From contig NGBS01000351.1 of the NCBI GenBank assembly GCA_002245135.1, forward strand, positions 1-40,184: a DNA stretch of 40,184 bases. Reading direction: 5' to 3'. The position numbers and the translations under genes are program-made. Below, in pieces: positions 1 through 11,901 of this stretch. Under the pieces are notes generated by a model. It saw nothing but the letters and a program-made list of their open reading frames with translations, made no database searches and was not told where the DNA came from. Position 1 is the stretch's first letter. Each line of letters begins with the position of its first letter. The DNA comes from Proteromonas lacertae (taxonomy: Eukaryota).

Positions 1-533
1 ATATATCTTGGTAAAATCATTATACGTTAAATTATATCTACCCTTATATATTGTACATTTTTTCCTTGTAAAAGTAGTATTAGATTTAAATAACTTCCAC
101 CAATCGTTTTCTATACTTATATAATATCTACCACATGAAACAATATAAAGTGATATTAAAAACAATATTATATAAATATAATATTTATTAAGTATAATAT
201 AGAGATATATATTCATGATTTTATAAGTAAAGTCAAATAAGAAAATACTATATCATTTTCAACTAATGTATTAATATATTACTAATATTGAAAAGAAATT
301 GAAATAAATAATTCAAGCTATAAAAATTAATACTTCTTTAATACTACACATAATGAATATCCTAATTCGTTATTTATTCTTGAATTCATATATTTTCTAA
401 TGTCAAGATTATCAAAGAAAAATATAATTTGATTTGTTAACAATCCTAATACCATTATCAAGATGGTAAGATAATGAAAATATATTCAATTTGCATTGAT
501 CAGCAATAAATTTAAACGAATTATAAGAGTATA

Positions 534-788
534 TTACTCTATGCCATAATAAGGTTGTTTATTAATTGCATCGGTGTAATTTTTCCAGTATGGACTATCT
601 TTTGCATTTATATCTGGGATACAAATAAATATATTACCATTTTGTTTAATCAGATATTTTAAATTTAGTAATGAGTTTATTATATCAGTATATGAAATAT
701 GCTCTAATACATGCGTAGCTAACATATTATCAACAGAATCTGGGTATAAATACTGTGTTATATAGTATCTATTTGTAATATCAAGCAT
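534..788 (-). pseudogene. SAM-dependent methyltransferase (type 11-like) fragment
   Basis: SVDNMLATHVLEHI...LKYLIKQNGNIFICIPD resembles the class I MTase 'D.i...hvlEH....l...LkpgG.l.i.vP' segment; N-terminal part absent or disrupted. Confidence 0.55.
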
Positions 789-837
789 ATCTTGATCAGT
801 ATTTATCCACTTATCAGAAAACTTATTAATATTATTT

Positions 838-1266
838 TTATATGATGTTCCACAACCAATTATTTATATTAATAGATTGTGATATTATCTTTCTTCTTAT
901 TATGCTTCTTAATTTTATTAATGATTTAATGAGATTGCCTGATGGTAAAGGATATTGACCTTTTATGAGATTTATATAATTACATTTCTTGAATTTATCG
1001 CAAATAGGTTTTAGTTTATATTCAGCTGTATTATTATAAGCAGTATAAATAATATATTTAGGTAAGGAAGATATAAAACATCTGAAGTTAGGAAAATCTT
1101 CATAACATAAATCATAAATTGCAAGATAATGACTTATTTGATATGAACATAAAATGTTCTTATAATTTCTATTGATTTCTATATACCTACATTCTGTCAC
1201 ATAATTTTTAATATAAAATATAACAAAGAATACAATGATTATAATTGTAATTATTATATACTTCAT
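838..1266 (-). CDS. hypothetical protein with N-terminal signal/anchor (possibly 5' part of the adjacent methyltransferase-like gene)
   Basis: ATG-started 142-aa ORF with hydrophobic N-terminus (MKYIIITIIIIVFFVIFY). Confidence 0.3.
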   Translation of the reverse strand: MKYIIITIIIIVFFVIFYIKNYVTECRYIEINRNYKNILCSYQISHYLAIYDLCYEDFPNFRCFISSLPKYIIYTAYNNTAEYKLKPICDKFKKCNYINLIKGQYPLPSGNLIKSLIKLRSIIRRKIISQSININNWLWNII

Positions 1267-1415
1267 AGTATTGTATATTTAACAATATAACGTCTCTTCA
1301 GCTTATACTTTACCTTCTATTATTCTGATAGACTTTAAAACTACTCCATGATTTATATCATATATCGAAACAGAGTATGAAGATAAAGTTTATCTCCTTT
1401 ATTGAGTTTAAGACC

Positions 1416-1495
1416 TGTTGTGCGTTGTTGAGCCTCTCTCATCATACAATTACATTTATTAACAAATATATAGTTAGGTCTATGATATATATTCA
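1416..1495. mobile_element. truncated terminus of the TGTTGTGCG-type MITE
   Basis: TGTTGTGCGTTGTTGAGCCTCTCTCATCATACAATTAC closely matches the element start at 5979; followed by TTATTAACAAATATATAGTTAG from the MITE arms. Confidence 0.75.
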
Positions 1496-1608
1496 ATTAC
1501 TACTACATATATGTATTGTTAATAAAATAAAACTAAAATCCTTAATAATATTATCCCTAAAATTTGTTCAAAAGTTGATTATCTCTACAAATAATTATTC
1601 AATATTAA

Positions 1609-2624
1609 TTAAAAATATTTCTGTTTATACAAAAGAATTAATTCTTTAGACCTCTCATATTGATGCACAATTAATGGAATAGTTAAATCTTCATTATATA
1701 TTGTATTATTTAAAATATATAATCTCTTAACTTGATTTAAGTCAATTGCAGTAGTTAATATTACACCTTTTTGATTTCTGTTTATGTGAAATGTTATATT
1801 GTTAAAATAACCTGTATAATAAGCATAATTTAAACTTCCTTGTTCAGAAACATCAGCATAATTATCAGTTAGAAATTTGCAAAATTGTTTTAAGAATGAT
1901 ATGAAATGTTTATTAGAACCTAATATAGATCCAGAATTTAATATTTTATTATTTATTATTTTCATAGTTTTTAAAAGGTTTAACAGAATTTAAATTCCAT
2001 TTTCGATCCTTTATAACTACATTATCCTTTGTTTCATCAGCTAGATACAATCCATCTTCAAAATTCCATTCAACTGGATTACCTTGAAACACAATATCTC
2101 TTACATCTAAACTAATTATATGAGTATATTCACTGCCATAATATAATAACCAACATAATAATATATAGAAATCTATATACAACCCACTTTCGTTTATACT
2201 TTTTTTTTTTCAATCATACATTTTTTTAGATTTGCACTATCAATAGGATATAATTTGTTCATTGAAGAATAAAATGGCCAATCCTCTTCAATTATAATGG
2301 GAATTATTTTGTTAATTTTTATTTGTAATTCCATTTCTTTATATTTATGAATTGACAAAGGCATTAATAGATCACCTCTGTAACTATTTTTTCTTAATGA
2401 AACAACAAAATAGACTGATATTTTCCCAATTATATCCACTGGCAAAACCATATATCAATGGGCATATCAATTTTTATTACATTAGATGGTTTATAATGGA
2501 AGTAAGGATAAAGATTGTATTTTTTAAATATTCGAATATCATTATTATGTTGTATATTATTTGTATAATACAAATAATAGAATAGAATTAATATGAACAA
2601 CATAAAAGTATGAATTTCTAGCAT
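1609..2624 (-). pseudogene. frameshifted GT-A-type glycosyltransferase-like gene (type II membrane protein)
   Basis: Four consecutive ORFs give a TM anchor, then DVRDIVFQGNP, ILNSGSILG, EQGSLNY and VHQYER in the order seen in DxD-type glycosyltransferase-like proteins. Confidence 0.6.
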
Positions 2625-2634
2625 TGTTAAATAT

Positions 2635-3900
2635 CAGGGTTGTATTTATCGGTCAAAACCTTTAGGTCAAACCTATCGGTCATAGGTGAAGTGATCTACA
2701 GCTGCCTGTACTAACTATTAGCTGACCTTTGTTATGTTTTCTGTTTCTAATCATTAAATCATGCACATAATCAAAATATAAACCTATATATATCATTTCT
2801 TAAAAAACACATTTGACCAAGCAATCGATTTACTTTTATATTTTTATAAATCAGATTTTATGCTCTATGATGATTAATTAAATTATAATATGAGTATAGT
2901 GTATGTAATATATAAGAATAAACAATGAGAAAAAAATATAGCTTGGCTTGAATTAATCAATATTCATTTCTCATTTAGTAAAAGTGTGAAATAACATGTA
3001 TATATATGTCATATAAAATAATAGGCTAATAAATCTACCTCCAAATGCATCAAAAAAGTGATGAACCTTGCTGCAGCTGATAAATTAGAGAAATTGGATT
3101 TTAACTATGAAAAGAAGTACTGGAATAATGTATATAAAATTAAAGGGAGTAATTTCTGTGTATGCATATACTGTGGTGTAGAATACACTTGCAATAACAA
3201 AAATGGAAAAGCGATTAAGTTACATATGCAAAATGTTCACAACATTATTGATCAAATAGACAGTAAAATAAATGTAGATGAATTGAATTGTTTATTATTT
3301 GAATGCTTAACATTCAACAATATTTCCACTACTATATCAGATTTAATGGAACATGTTAAGAGCTTATATGATATAGTAGTGGAAAACATTATAAAATCCA
3401 TCAATGATATAAATATCCCAAATATACGATGTTTTCTTCACACAATCTAACTGTCTATCAAAAAAGCATTGGATGAATTGGATAAAAAAAGTAGTGAAGA
3501 AGATGAGAATGAAAATGATATAGATGAGGTTATAGATGAAGATAAAAAGAAAGAAAATATTGTTAAACAAACAATAAATAAATATGTTGTATTATCTAAA
3601 CTTTCTATATTAATAAAAGTATTTAAAAAGTATATCAATAAAGCGTAGAAGAATAAATAATAATAAAGAAGTGATGAATTATCTAGAATATACAGAAATA
3701 TTTAGCACTGGAAAAGATCTATCTAAAATATGGCTTACTCTTAAAGCTTCTTTTCAACGTATTTTTAAAATTGCGAAAAAGTACTTAGCATACCAACCAT
3801 CTTATAGTGAATCAGACTGGAAGACTATGCAATTTAAACAAATGTAATATATCATCTGAGCATATTGAAATAATAGTACTAATTTCGAGAAATAGAGATT
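2635..3900 (+). mobile_element. degenerate hAT transposon (left TIR, BED finger, dimerisation-domain relic)
   Basis: Starts CAGGGTTG with subterminal GGTCA repeats. ORF 3058-3450 has a BED finger (YW...CIYC...H...H). ~3720-3815 encodes KIWLTLKASFQRIFKIAKKYLAYQPSYSES, like the hATC motif. No catalytic core or right TIR seen. Confidence 0.7.
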
Positions 3901-5104
3901 TATAAAATATAAAAACATTATTTCTTATTATCATTTGGAATAGAATACTAAAAATAAATAAAATAATAAGAAGATTTAACAAATGTGTAAGTTGGACGAT
4001 AGTATTTATTTAATATTATAACCAAAGTATTACTACAATGTTGCAATATACTATTTTTCATTCTTTTTATAAAACAAATATCCTTCCATAATGAATTAAA
4101 ATAGGTTTTAATATAATGAAGCTTGATATGTTTGATTATATTCCGTACTCTGCAGTAAAAGTTGGCGTTCATAATATGTTTATATTATATTCTTTTCTTT
4201 CTTGATTAAAATTCTTTAAAAATCGATTATATTATTTTGATAAATTATCACTCTCACTAGGATATAATTGCTCCATACGATCCCAGAATCTATTTACAGT
4301 GTCTTATTATAGAGATAAAGTAAATAATGCACTACAAAACAAAACAAAAGTTAAATTACAGTATAGACAATTAATGATATAATCGCAGGCATTATCAATA
4401 TGGTATTCCAGTTCCTGTACTTTGATTATACGATAAGTTGGTAGTCCTAGTACTTTGATTAGAATTGCTAAATCATATCTTCCATAAGATAAATCAGGTT
4501 TCGCTGTAAAACTAACTGTAAATGTCATTGTTGAGCTTTCTATTAATCTTTTCACTTATGGAAATTCACCTTAATGTAAATTAGATATTTCTTATATGCC
4601 ATTTTTGTTGTTTTGACTGTTTCATCTAATAATGAATCTATATAATATAATTTTAAAACTACAGATTCTCAATCAACTGTGATTTGTAATGCTGTTTTAT
4701 TCTTTCCTGAAGGTAATTTATTTATATTTGTCATGATTTTAGGTGGAGATGGTATTTTATCATCATTTTGTTGTGAATTCTTACTTCTAGCAAATACTGA
4801 TTTTAGACTATCTACTCTAGCAAATTCTGTTGTTTAAGTTGCTTATTCTTGTGGTGGTAATTTTTTAACTGGTGCTTTACCAAGTGTTGGTGAATTGATT
4901 GGAATTCCATCTACAGTTATTGGCTTTTTAGCTTCAACTGGTTGTTCTTTTTCTTCTTCTGCTAATGGTTGTTCTGGTTTTTGTGTTTATCCTCTTTCTA
5001 TTGGTTGTTTTGATTTTTCTCCTTCAGTATTTATAGTATTATTATTACTTTCATTGATATACTTCATTGATTGGAGATATTTGATTTTTGGTTTCATCTA
5101 TTTA

Positions 5105-5480
5105 TAATTCCCAATGATAAGGACAAGAAATTGTTCCAAGATTTTCAATTGAAAATAATAAAGTTCTTTCAGTAAATCCAAATCATTCTAAGATAACCAT
5201 AAATTGGGAAAGACTACATCAGCTACACATGGATCTGAATTTTTCTGAGGATGATCTTCATATCTTATATTCAAAATACCATTTATTTTAAAGGCTATTT
5301 TATCATCTTTATAATTTGGATCAAATTCAACTATCACATTCGTTGACTCATTTGGTTCTAAATGGAATTCATTCATACTTAATAAAAATGGACCTGCTAT
5401 ACTTATAAGCACATCTAAACTCAACGTTGATATATTCTTAAATATATCTCTCTTACTTTAAACTTCATCTGAAACTATAG
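5105..5480 (-). pseudogene. Hydin-like (ASH/Ig-fold) gene fragment
   Basis: VEFDPNYKDD...LNIRYEDHPQKN...VVFPNL followed by IENLGTISCPYHW resembles a conserved Hydin segment; bounded by the MITE at 5482. Confidence 0.5.
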
Positions 5481-5481
5481 C

Positions 5482-5978
5482 TGTTGTTCCCGTATGGCGG
5501 AAATCCCCATATGGCGGAACTCTATATTGTAGAATGATTTAATGAAAACTAATATGATATTCATGATGTTCGGAGTTAGTTATTAACAAATATATAGTTA
5601 GTTTGTCATATGACCTACATCTGTGATATACTTATTTATGAACTTCATTATTATTAATATTAAGCTATTTTTTGTATATTCTCTATATTAATATTACAGT
5701 TACTACTACAGTCTAAAATACATTATCTGATATGAATAGAATACATTATTTTAAATGTTAAGGTAGTAAAAATTGAAATTAAAATGTAGGCTTGAGTGAG
5801 GCTTGAACTTATTTTTTCTTTTTTCTTTTTTAACCTCCTTAACATTTAAAAAAGTGAATTCTATTCATATCAGATTATGTATTTTAGACTGTAGTAGTAA
5901 CTGATACATTAAAATAGAGAATATACAAAAATTAGTTTAATATTGATAATAATGAAGTTCATAAATAAGTATATCACA
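5482..5978. mobile_element. truncated fold-back MITE (TGTTGTTCCCGTATGGCGG type)
   Basis: Left end nearly identical to 8924ff; palindromic arms; right arm stops where the next element begins at 5979. Confidence 0.85.
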
Positions 5979-6657
5979 TGTTGTGCGCCGTTGAGCCATT
6001 CTCATCATACAATTACTTTTAAAACAAACTAATATCATTTTTATCTTAGTTATAATGCGTTATTAACAAATATATAGTTAGTTTGTCATATGACCTACAT
6101 CTATGATATACTTTTCTATGACCTACATTATTATTAATATTAAGCTATTTTTTGTATATTCTCTATATTAATATTACAGCTACTACAGTCTAAAATACAT
6201 TATCTGATATGAATAGAATACATTATTTTAAATGTTAAGGTAGTAAAAATTGAAATTAAAATGTAGGCTTGAGTGAGGCTTGAACTTATTTTTTCTTTTT
6301 TCTTTTTTAACCTCCTTAACATTTAAAAAAGTGAATTCTATTCATATCAGATTATGTATTTTAGACTGTAGTAGTAACTGATACATTAAAATAGAGAATA
6401 TACAAAAAATAGCTTAATATTGATAATAATGAAGATCATAAAATAGTATGTCGTAGATGGTAGTGATTGAAGCAAAAAAATTAAAAATAAAATTATAATT
6501 GTTTTCAATATGTTGGGATAAAGTTCAAAAAAATATTTATCGCAGATGTAGCTTATATGACAAAGTAAGATTATATTTGCATATAACTCGCCATCTAACC
6601 ACACACTATCATTTTAGAATTGAAAAAAGTCTTCTTAACGCTCAACGGCGCACAACA
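5979..6657. mobile_element. MITE with TIR TGTTGTGCGCCGTTGAGC / GCTCAACGGCGCACAACA
   Basis: Perfect 18-bp TIR; interior ~6059-6430 duplicates ~5579-5950; flanks TCACA/TCAGA (4/5 match). Confidence 0.85.
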
Positions 6658-7372
6658 TCAGATATGATATTCTGTAAAAAAAATGATATAAAAAAAAAGA
6701 CTGAATTAATCACTATGAGAATTTTCTAAGTGCTTTTTTTGTCTTTTTTGTTATTTATTTCAGCAACTAAAAGGAATTAGAAAATAAAAATTTCACACAT
6801 TGTGACTAATGTTATAAGGTCTATGAAAATATACTTAGTTACTATATTACCTGATTTAGGTAATTTTTTCATTTGTCAGTTTATTTAAATTAATTTTCTA
6901 GATATTACTAAATTACATCATATATTTTTGATTTTACTAATTATTAACTCAAAATTCTGTTTTTATCACTCAAAAAATGAATTCAAAAAAACAAAAAAGT
7001 TCGTGAGATTTGAGTCAAAATTGGACATTTTTGAGCTTTTCAGCCGAAGGAGGAATCATATTTAAATGGCTTTATAATATTTTCCGGGAAATGGGATTTG
7101 CAAATTTTTAGTATGCTTATTTTTTGAATAGGAGGTGAATGGTATTTGAGTTGTAATTCCATATTTTCGTAATTTTATTGGATTACAATATAATATATCA
7201 GGTATCTATTTTGTAGTAATAATATTTTTAACTAATTCACCCTAATTATGGAGATATTCCTAATAGTACATAGAATCAATAGGTGGTGTATATGGTTGTA
7301 TAATATTATATAAACACAATAAATAAATATAAAATACTTAAAATTACTTCTACAGTACTTTAATTCACTTCA

Positions 7373-7401
7373 TTCTCTTCTCTTCTCTTCTCTTCTCTTC
7401 T
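7373..7401. repeat. (TTCTC)n microsatellite
   Basis: About five to six perfect pentamer units. Confidence 0.9.
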
Positions 7402-7559
7402 ACTGATAGTATTCTTTAAATACTCATTGTCACTGTTATAAGAATCATTAAATAGTTCCTTAATCTGATCTGAATAACATAGCTTTATATCATTCACATT
7501 ATATCTATCATACTGATTTTTCTTTAACATTCCATTTACACATCTTCTTAAATTATTAC

Positions 7560-8010
7560 TATAACAAGATGGTAATTCCTTTATTTCTTTTTACTATTAA
7601 CAATATAATATAATATACTAATTAAATATCCACTGGATAATTATATTTCTCACTTCGTAGTATCTCTGAAGTTAATAAATCACCAATTTTAGGGTTGTTT
7701 TTCTCATCTAGAAATATGTTAGAAGGTTTTAAATCTCTATGCATAATATGATATGATGATATACTTTTCTTTGAATTGATAATTTCTTTGTTTCTTATAT
7801 TCTATCAGTTGATCTAAATCACCATTTGCTATACATTCCATTGCAATATTTAACCTCTACATAAAAACTATAATATATATACTCTTTGTTCTACAAAAGT
7901 GTTGTAATAATGAAGGAAATTGGAATGGATAAGTCTTCTTAATATTAATACTTCTTGAATTGCTTGTTTACGATTTGCTACAGTTAATATCTTCTCTTCT
8001 ATGATCTTAA
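7560..8010 (-). pseudogene. NEK/NIMA-like protein kinase fragment
   Basis: Minus strand reads KQAIQEVLILRRLIHSN..., NIAMECIANGDL and IMHRDLKPSNIFLDEKNNPKIGD; no intact DFG or C-lobe. Confidence 0.75.
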
Positions 8011-8923
8011 TACAATTTCCCATTTGACTAACAAAAGTAAAGCTTAAAATTATACAGCCAGGAATATAGAAACCAGTTTGTAGTGGGCTGCAGATTGTAG
8101 TCTATAAACATATATGAAATACACTAGTCATACTTTATTCTTGTAGTGATAAATAGATTTTTGTTGTTATCAATTACATGGTGTTAGGGTTAGATTTCCA
8201 TGTTGCAATTACTATACCTCTGATTACTTTCTGACTAGTGAATGTGGATAAACTAATGTATTCAAAAATATTAAAATTACATCATCTGTAAGTTGTTCCT
8301 GTGAAATAAGAATAGAATTTACAAGATATCCTACATTCTTTGTTAACAATGTTGTTTTCTACATATCTAAAAAATATATTAACATTTATACATCCTCTAC
8401 TTTTCTAACACATATATTAATAAGTAATTGACATTAAAAATCTAGAAATTCTTAAAACTTCTAAAATATTCTTTATAGTCATTAAGGCTAAATTACTAAT
8501 ATAAAGCTATATAAAATAAGCCTCGTTTTCAAAATAGAATTTAATTTTTAGTTAATTTGATAATTAACAATGGGCATCCTTGATTATATATCATCGATAT
8601 ATCCACTTGTTGAAGCAAATAATATATTTTATAATTTTAATAATATTTTAATATATGATGAAGAATGTTTATTAGATACTTCTTTGTTTTATAATATTAT
8701 CCAAATTCCAAATCCAATATATTTAGATAAATTAATAAAACAATATCAACAGTACAATATATATATCAAATCAGAAAACGAATTTATCATATTAGCACCT
8801 ATGAGATATAACTTAATTTTAATATATAACAATTTATTTTATCATTCATCTGTAATTAGGTATTTTGAAATGATGCAGTTCAAATTTGATAATATATATA
8901 CTACTAATAATAATAGTCAAGAT

Positions 8924-9544
8924 TGTTGTTCCCGTATGGCGGAAATCCCCGTATGGCGGAACTCTATATTGCAGAATGATTCAATCAAAACTAATATGAT
9001 ATTCATGATGTTCGGAGTTAGTTATTAACAAATATATAGTTAATTTGTCATATGACCTACATCTGTGATATACTTATTTATGAACTTCATTATTATCAAT
9101 ATTAAACTAATTTTTGTATATTTTCTATTTTAATGTATCAGTCACTACTACAGTCTAAAATACATTATCTGATATAAATAGAATTCACTATTTTTTATGT
9201 TAAAGTACAGAAAACAGAAAAAAGAAAAAATATATTCAAGCCTCGCTCAAGCCAGTAATTTAATTTCTATTTTTACTACCTTAACATTAAAATTATTGTA
9301 TTCTATTCATGTCAAATAATGTATTTTAGACTGTAGTAGTGACTGATACATTAAAATAGAGAATATACAAAAATTAGTTTAATATTGATAATAATGAAGT
9401 TCATAAATAAGTATATCACAGATGTAGGTCATATGACAAACTAACTATATATTTGTTAATAACTAACTCCGAACATCATGAATATCATATTAGTTTTGAT
9501 TGAATCATTCTGCAATATAGAGTTCCGCCATACGGGGAACAACA
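8924..9544. mobile_element. complete 621-bp fold-back MITE, TGT...ACA ends, 5-bp TSD AAGAT
   Basis: TGTTGTTCCCGTATGGCGGAA...TTCCGCCATACGGGGAACAACA; arms ~270 bp; AAGAT at 8919-8923 and 9545-9549. Confidence 0.95.
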
Positions 9545-10752
9545 AAGATGATTATGATGACTTACTCTTTTTATTGATTTTATATAGAAATATTAACAGT
9601 TATAATGAAATTATTGAAAAATATATAATATTAAAAAACAAAATTAAAAATTTCAAATGTAATATATCTACTGTTTTAAGTAATATGAATAATAGAAACA
9701 GAAGTAATAATATAACAGATAATCTATCAAATGAATGTGATATTATTAATTATTATTACCCACAATTATACGATATAAATACAATAATAAACACTCATCT
9801 TACTAATATTCCAAATAATAGTAATAATATTCCTAACATAAATTACTGTAAAGATAATTACACTATCCTGAAATTAATAAATAGTAATATTTTAAATAAT
9901 TCAATTAATAATAATATTATAAGAATAACAGATAAATTAATACATAAAATATTATCAACAACAGTATATTATGGATTTCCATATTATTTAAATGAAATAA
10001 ATGTTAAATATATTCAAAACAAAAAGTATACATTTATAAAAAATAAAAATAGAAAACCTAATGACGAATATACAATTAAACAATTTAATACAATTAAAAA
10101 ATCTGTAGCAGAGAAAGGAGAAGAAATATACTACATTGTATGTGATAAATATAATAACTATTTTTCAATTAATAATTTAAATTTGGAAGATTTATCTCAA
10201 AATTCTTCTATCAGAAAAAAAAGTAATATTAATATAACTTGTTGTGCGCCGTTTGTCATAGTTGGCCATTTGGGAAAGTTGCGAATTGGACTCGAGTTCA
10301 AAATTTGAACTCGGTACTTCCAGCCACTTTACAGAGCTAATATTAAAATTTCATTGACTTTTGTAATTAAATTAAACTATTCTGAAATGCGTGTTGAATT
10401 TGGACAACATCAATGTTAATCATTAAAAACATCATTAGAATTTTGTACATAAATCTATTGTACATAATATGTGTACACTGGACCTCCAGTTTTAAATCTA
10501 ATTATTTTGATAGTTCAAGAGAAAATTCAAAAAAAGAAATATTGACACAAGCTTTGGCTTGATCAAATTTGAATTTATTTAAATTTTGAACTCGCTCTTT
10601 GTATGCGAAGAAAAAATTCAATTTTAATAATCATTTGACATGTATAAGTTTTAATTATTTAATTTAAACTATAAAAATTCAAGTAATACAAGAAATTATC
10701 TAGATCGTTAAGATTACAATAGATTACGAAATACTCAATAACAACGTAATAT

Positions 10753-11128
10753 TAACTATCAATTTACTTCGATTTAGAACAAACTAACATAATTCTTTCT
10801 AATCTTCGATTTTGTACTCATTTCATTCTATATATTATACTCAATTATATATACATTATACAATAACCATTTTTAACTATCAGTTTACTTCGATTTAGAA
10901 CAAACTAACATAATTCTTTCTAATCTTCGATTTTATACTCATTTCATTCTATATATTATACTCAATTATATATACATTATACAATAACCATTTTTAACTA
11001 TCAATTTACTTCGATTTAGAACAAACTAACATAATTCTTTCTAATCTTCGATTTTGTACTCATTTCATTCTATATATTATACTCAATTATATATACATTA
11101 TACAATAACCATTTTTAACTATCAGTTT
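10753..11128. repeat. 121-bp tandem repeat x3 at the inner edge of the MULE left TIR
   Basis: Unit TTAACTATCARTTTACTTCGATTTAG...CAATAACCATTT repeated three times; only one copy in the right TIR. Confidence 0.93.
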
Positions 11129-11901
11129 ATTTCTTTTATAGTCATTGTAAATCTGACATTTTAAATGACATTTTTCAATTTATTTTATAAGATTAGTATT
11201 AATGCTTTACTACACCAGTTATGAAATTAAGTATTTCTTCTGATTTATTTTTTTATTTAGATTATTGATACTTTTTAATAAGAAGAACATCAAATTTTAA
11301 TCATTAGGCTGCAGGACTGTTATAATGGAAGATAATTGTGATAGTCAAAATATCAAAATTTTATAAATATCTTAGTTGACATACACAAGTAAATTAGGGA
11401 AGAATTATAGTAATTGATTAATAAATAGATTTAAGCAAGAATAATTGTCAATATGTGTAATTTCGTTGTAGAATTAATGCATAGATGCAAGAACTAGAAT
11501 TTATAAAAATTACCAAATTGTGTGACTTTTGTATTTATGGATAGTGTGTAATGTTAAATAAGAAGAGAAGCCTGAATTATTTCAATTTGTATAAGATTTA
11601 GAAGGAAGTAAATAACCATAGCATAGCTGTTTTCATCATCCATTTAAAATGTATTATTTTGGTATAAATGAAACGTTTTGTAATAGTAGGTGTTTTATCT
11701 CGTATTATAAAATTACAACAAACATTTAAGGAATTCTTCAATAGTAAAAAACCATGAAATAGTATAGGAGATTAGCAAGTTTAGTGAATATAAGTATGAA
11801 AATACTCTTTATTGTAGAGGATATTGAAAAAATGAATATATATTCGATGGTAAATGAATAATATAGAAATCAATCAACAAAATAATAACATAATAAAAGT
11901 G

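Noticed and set aside
6386..6729. 72-aa and 76-aa ORFs
   Set aside because: They lie in MITE sequence and look like chance frames.
8122..8240. CACTAGTCA...TGACTAGTG as CACTA termini
   Set aside because: Only 9 bp, 119 bp apart, no TSD, and it does not bracket the transposase.
10753..11128. CRISPR-like array
   Set aside because: Head-to-tail 121-bp units with no unique spacers, no cas genes, eukaryotic context.
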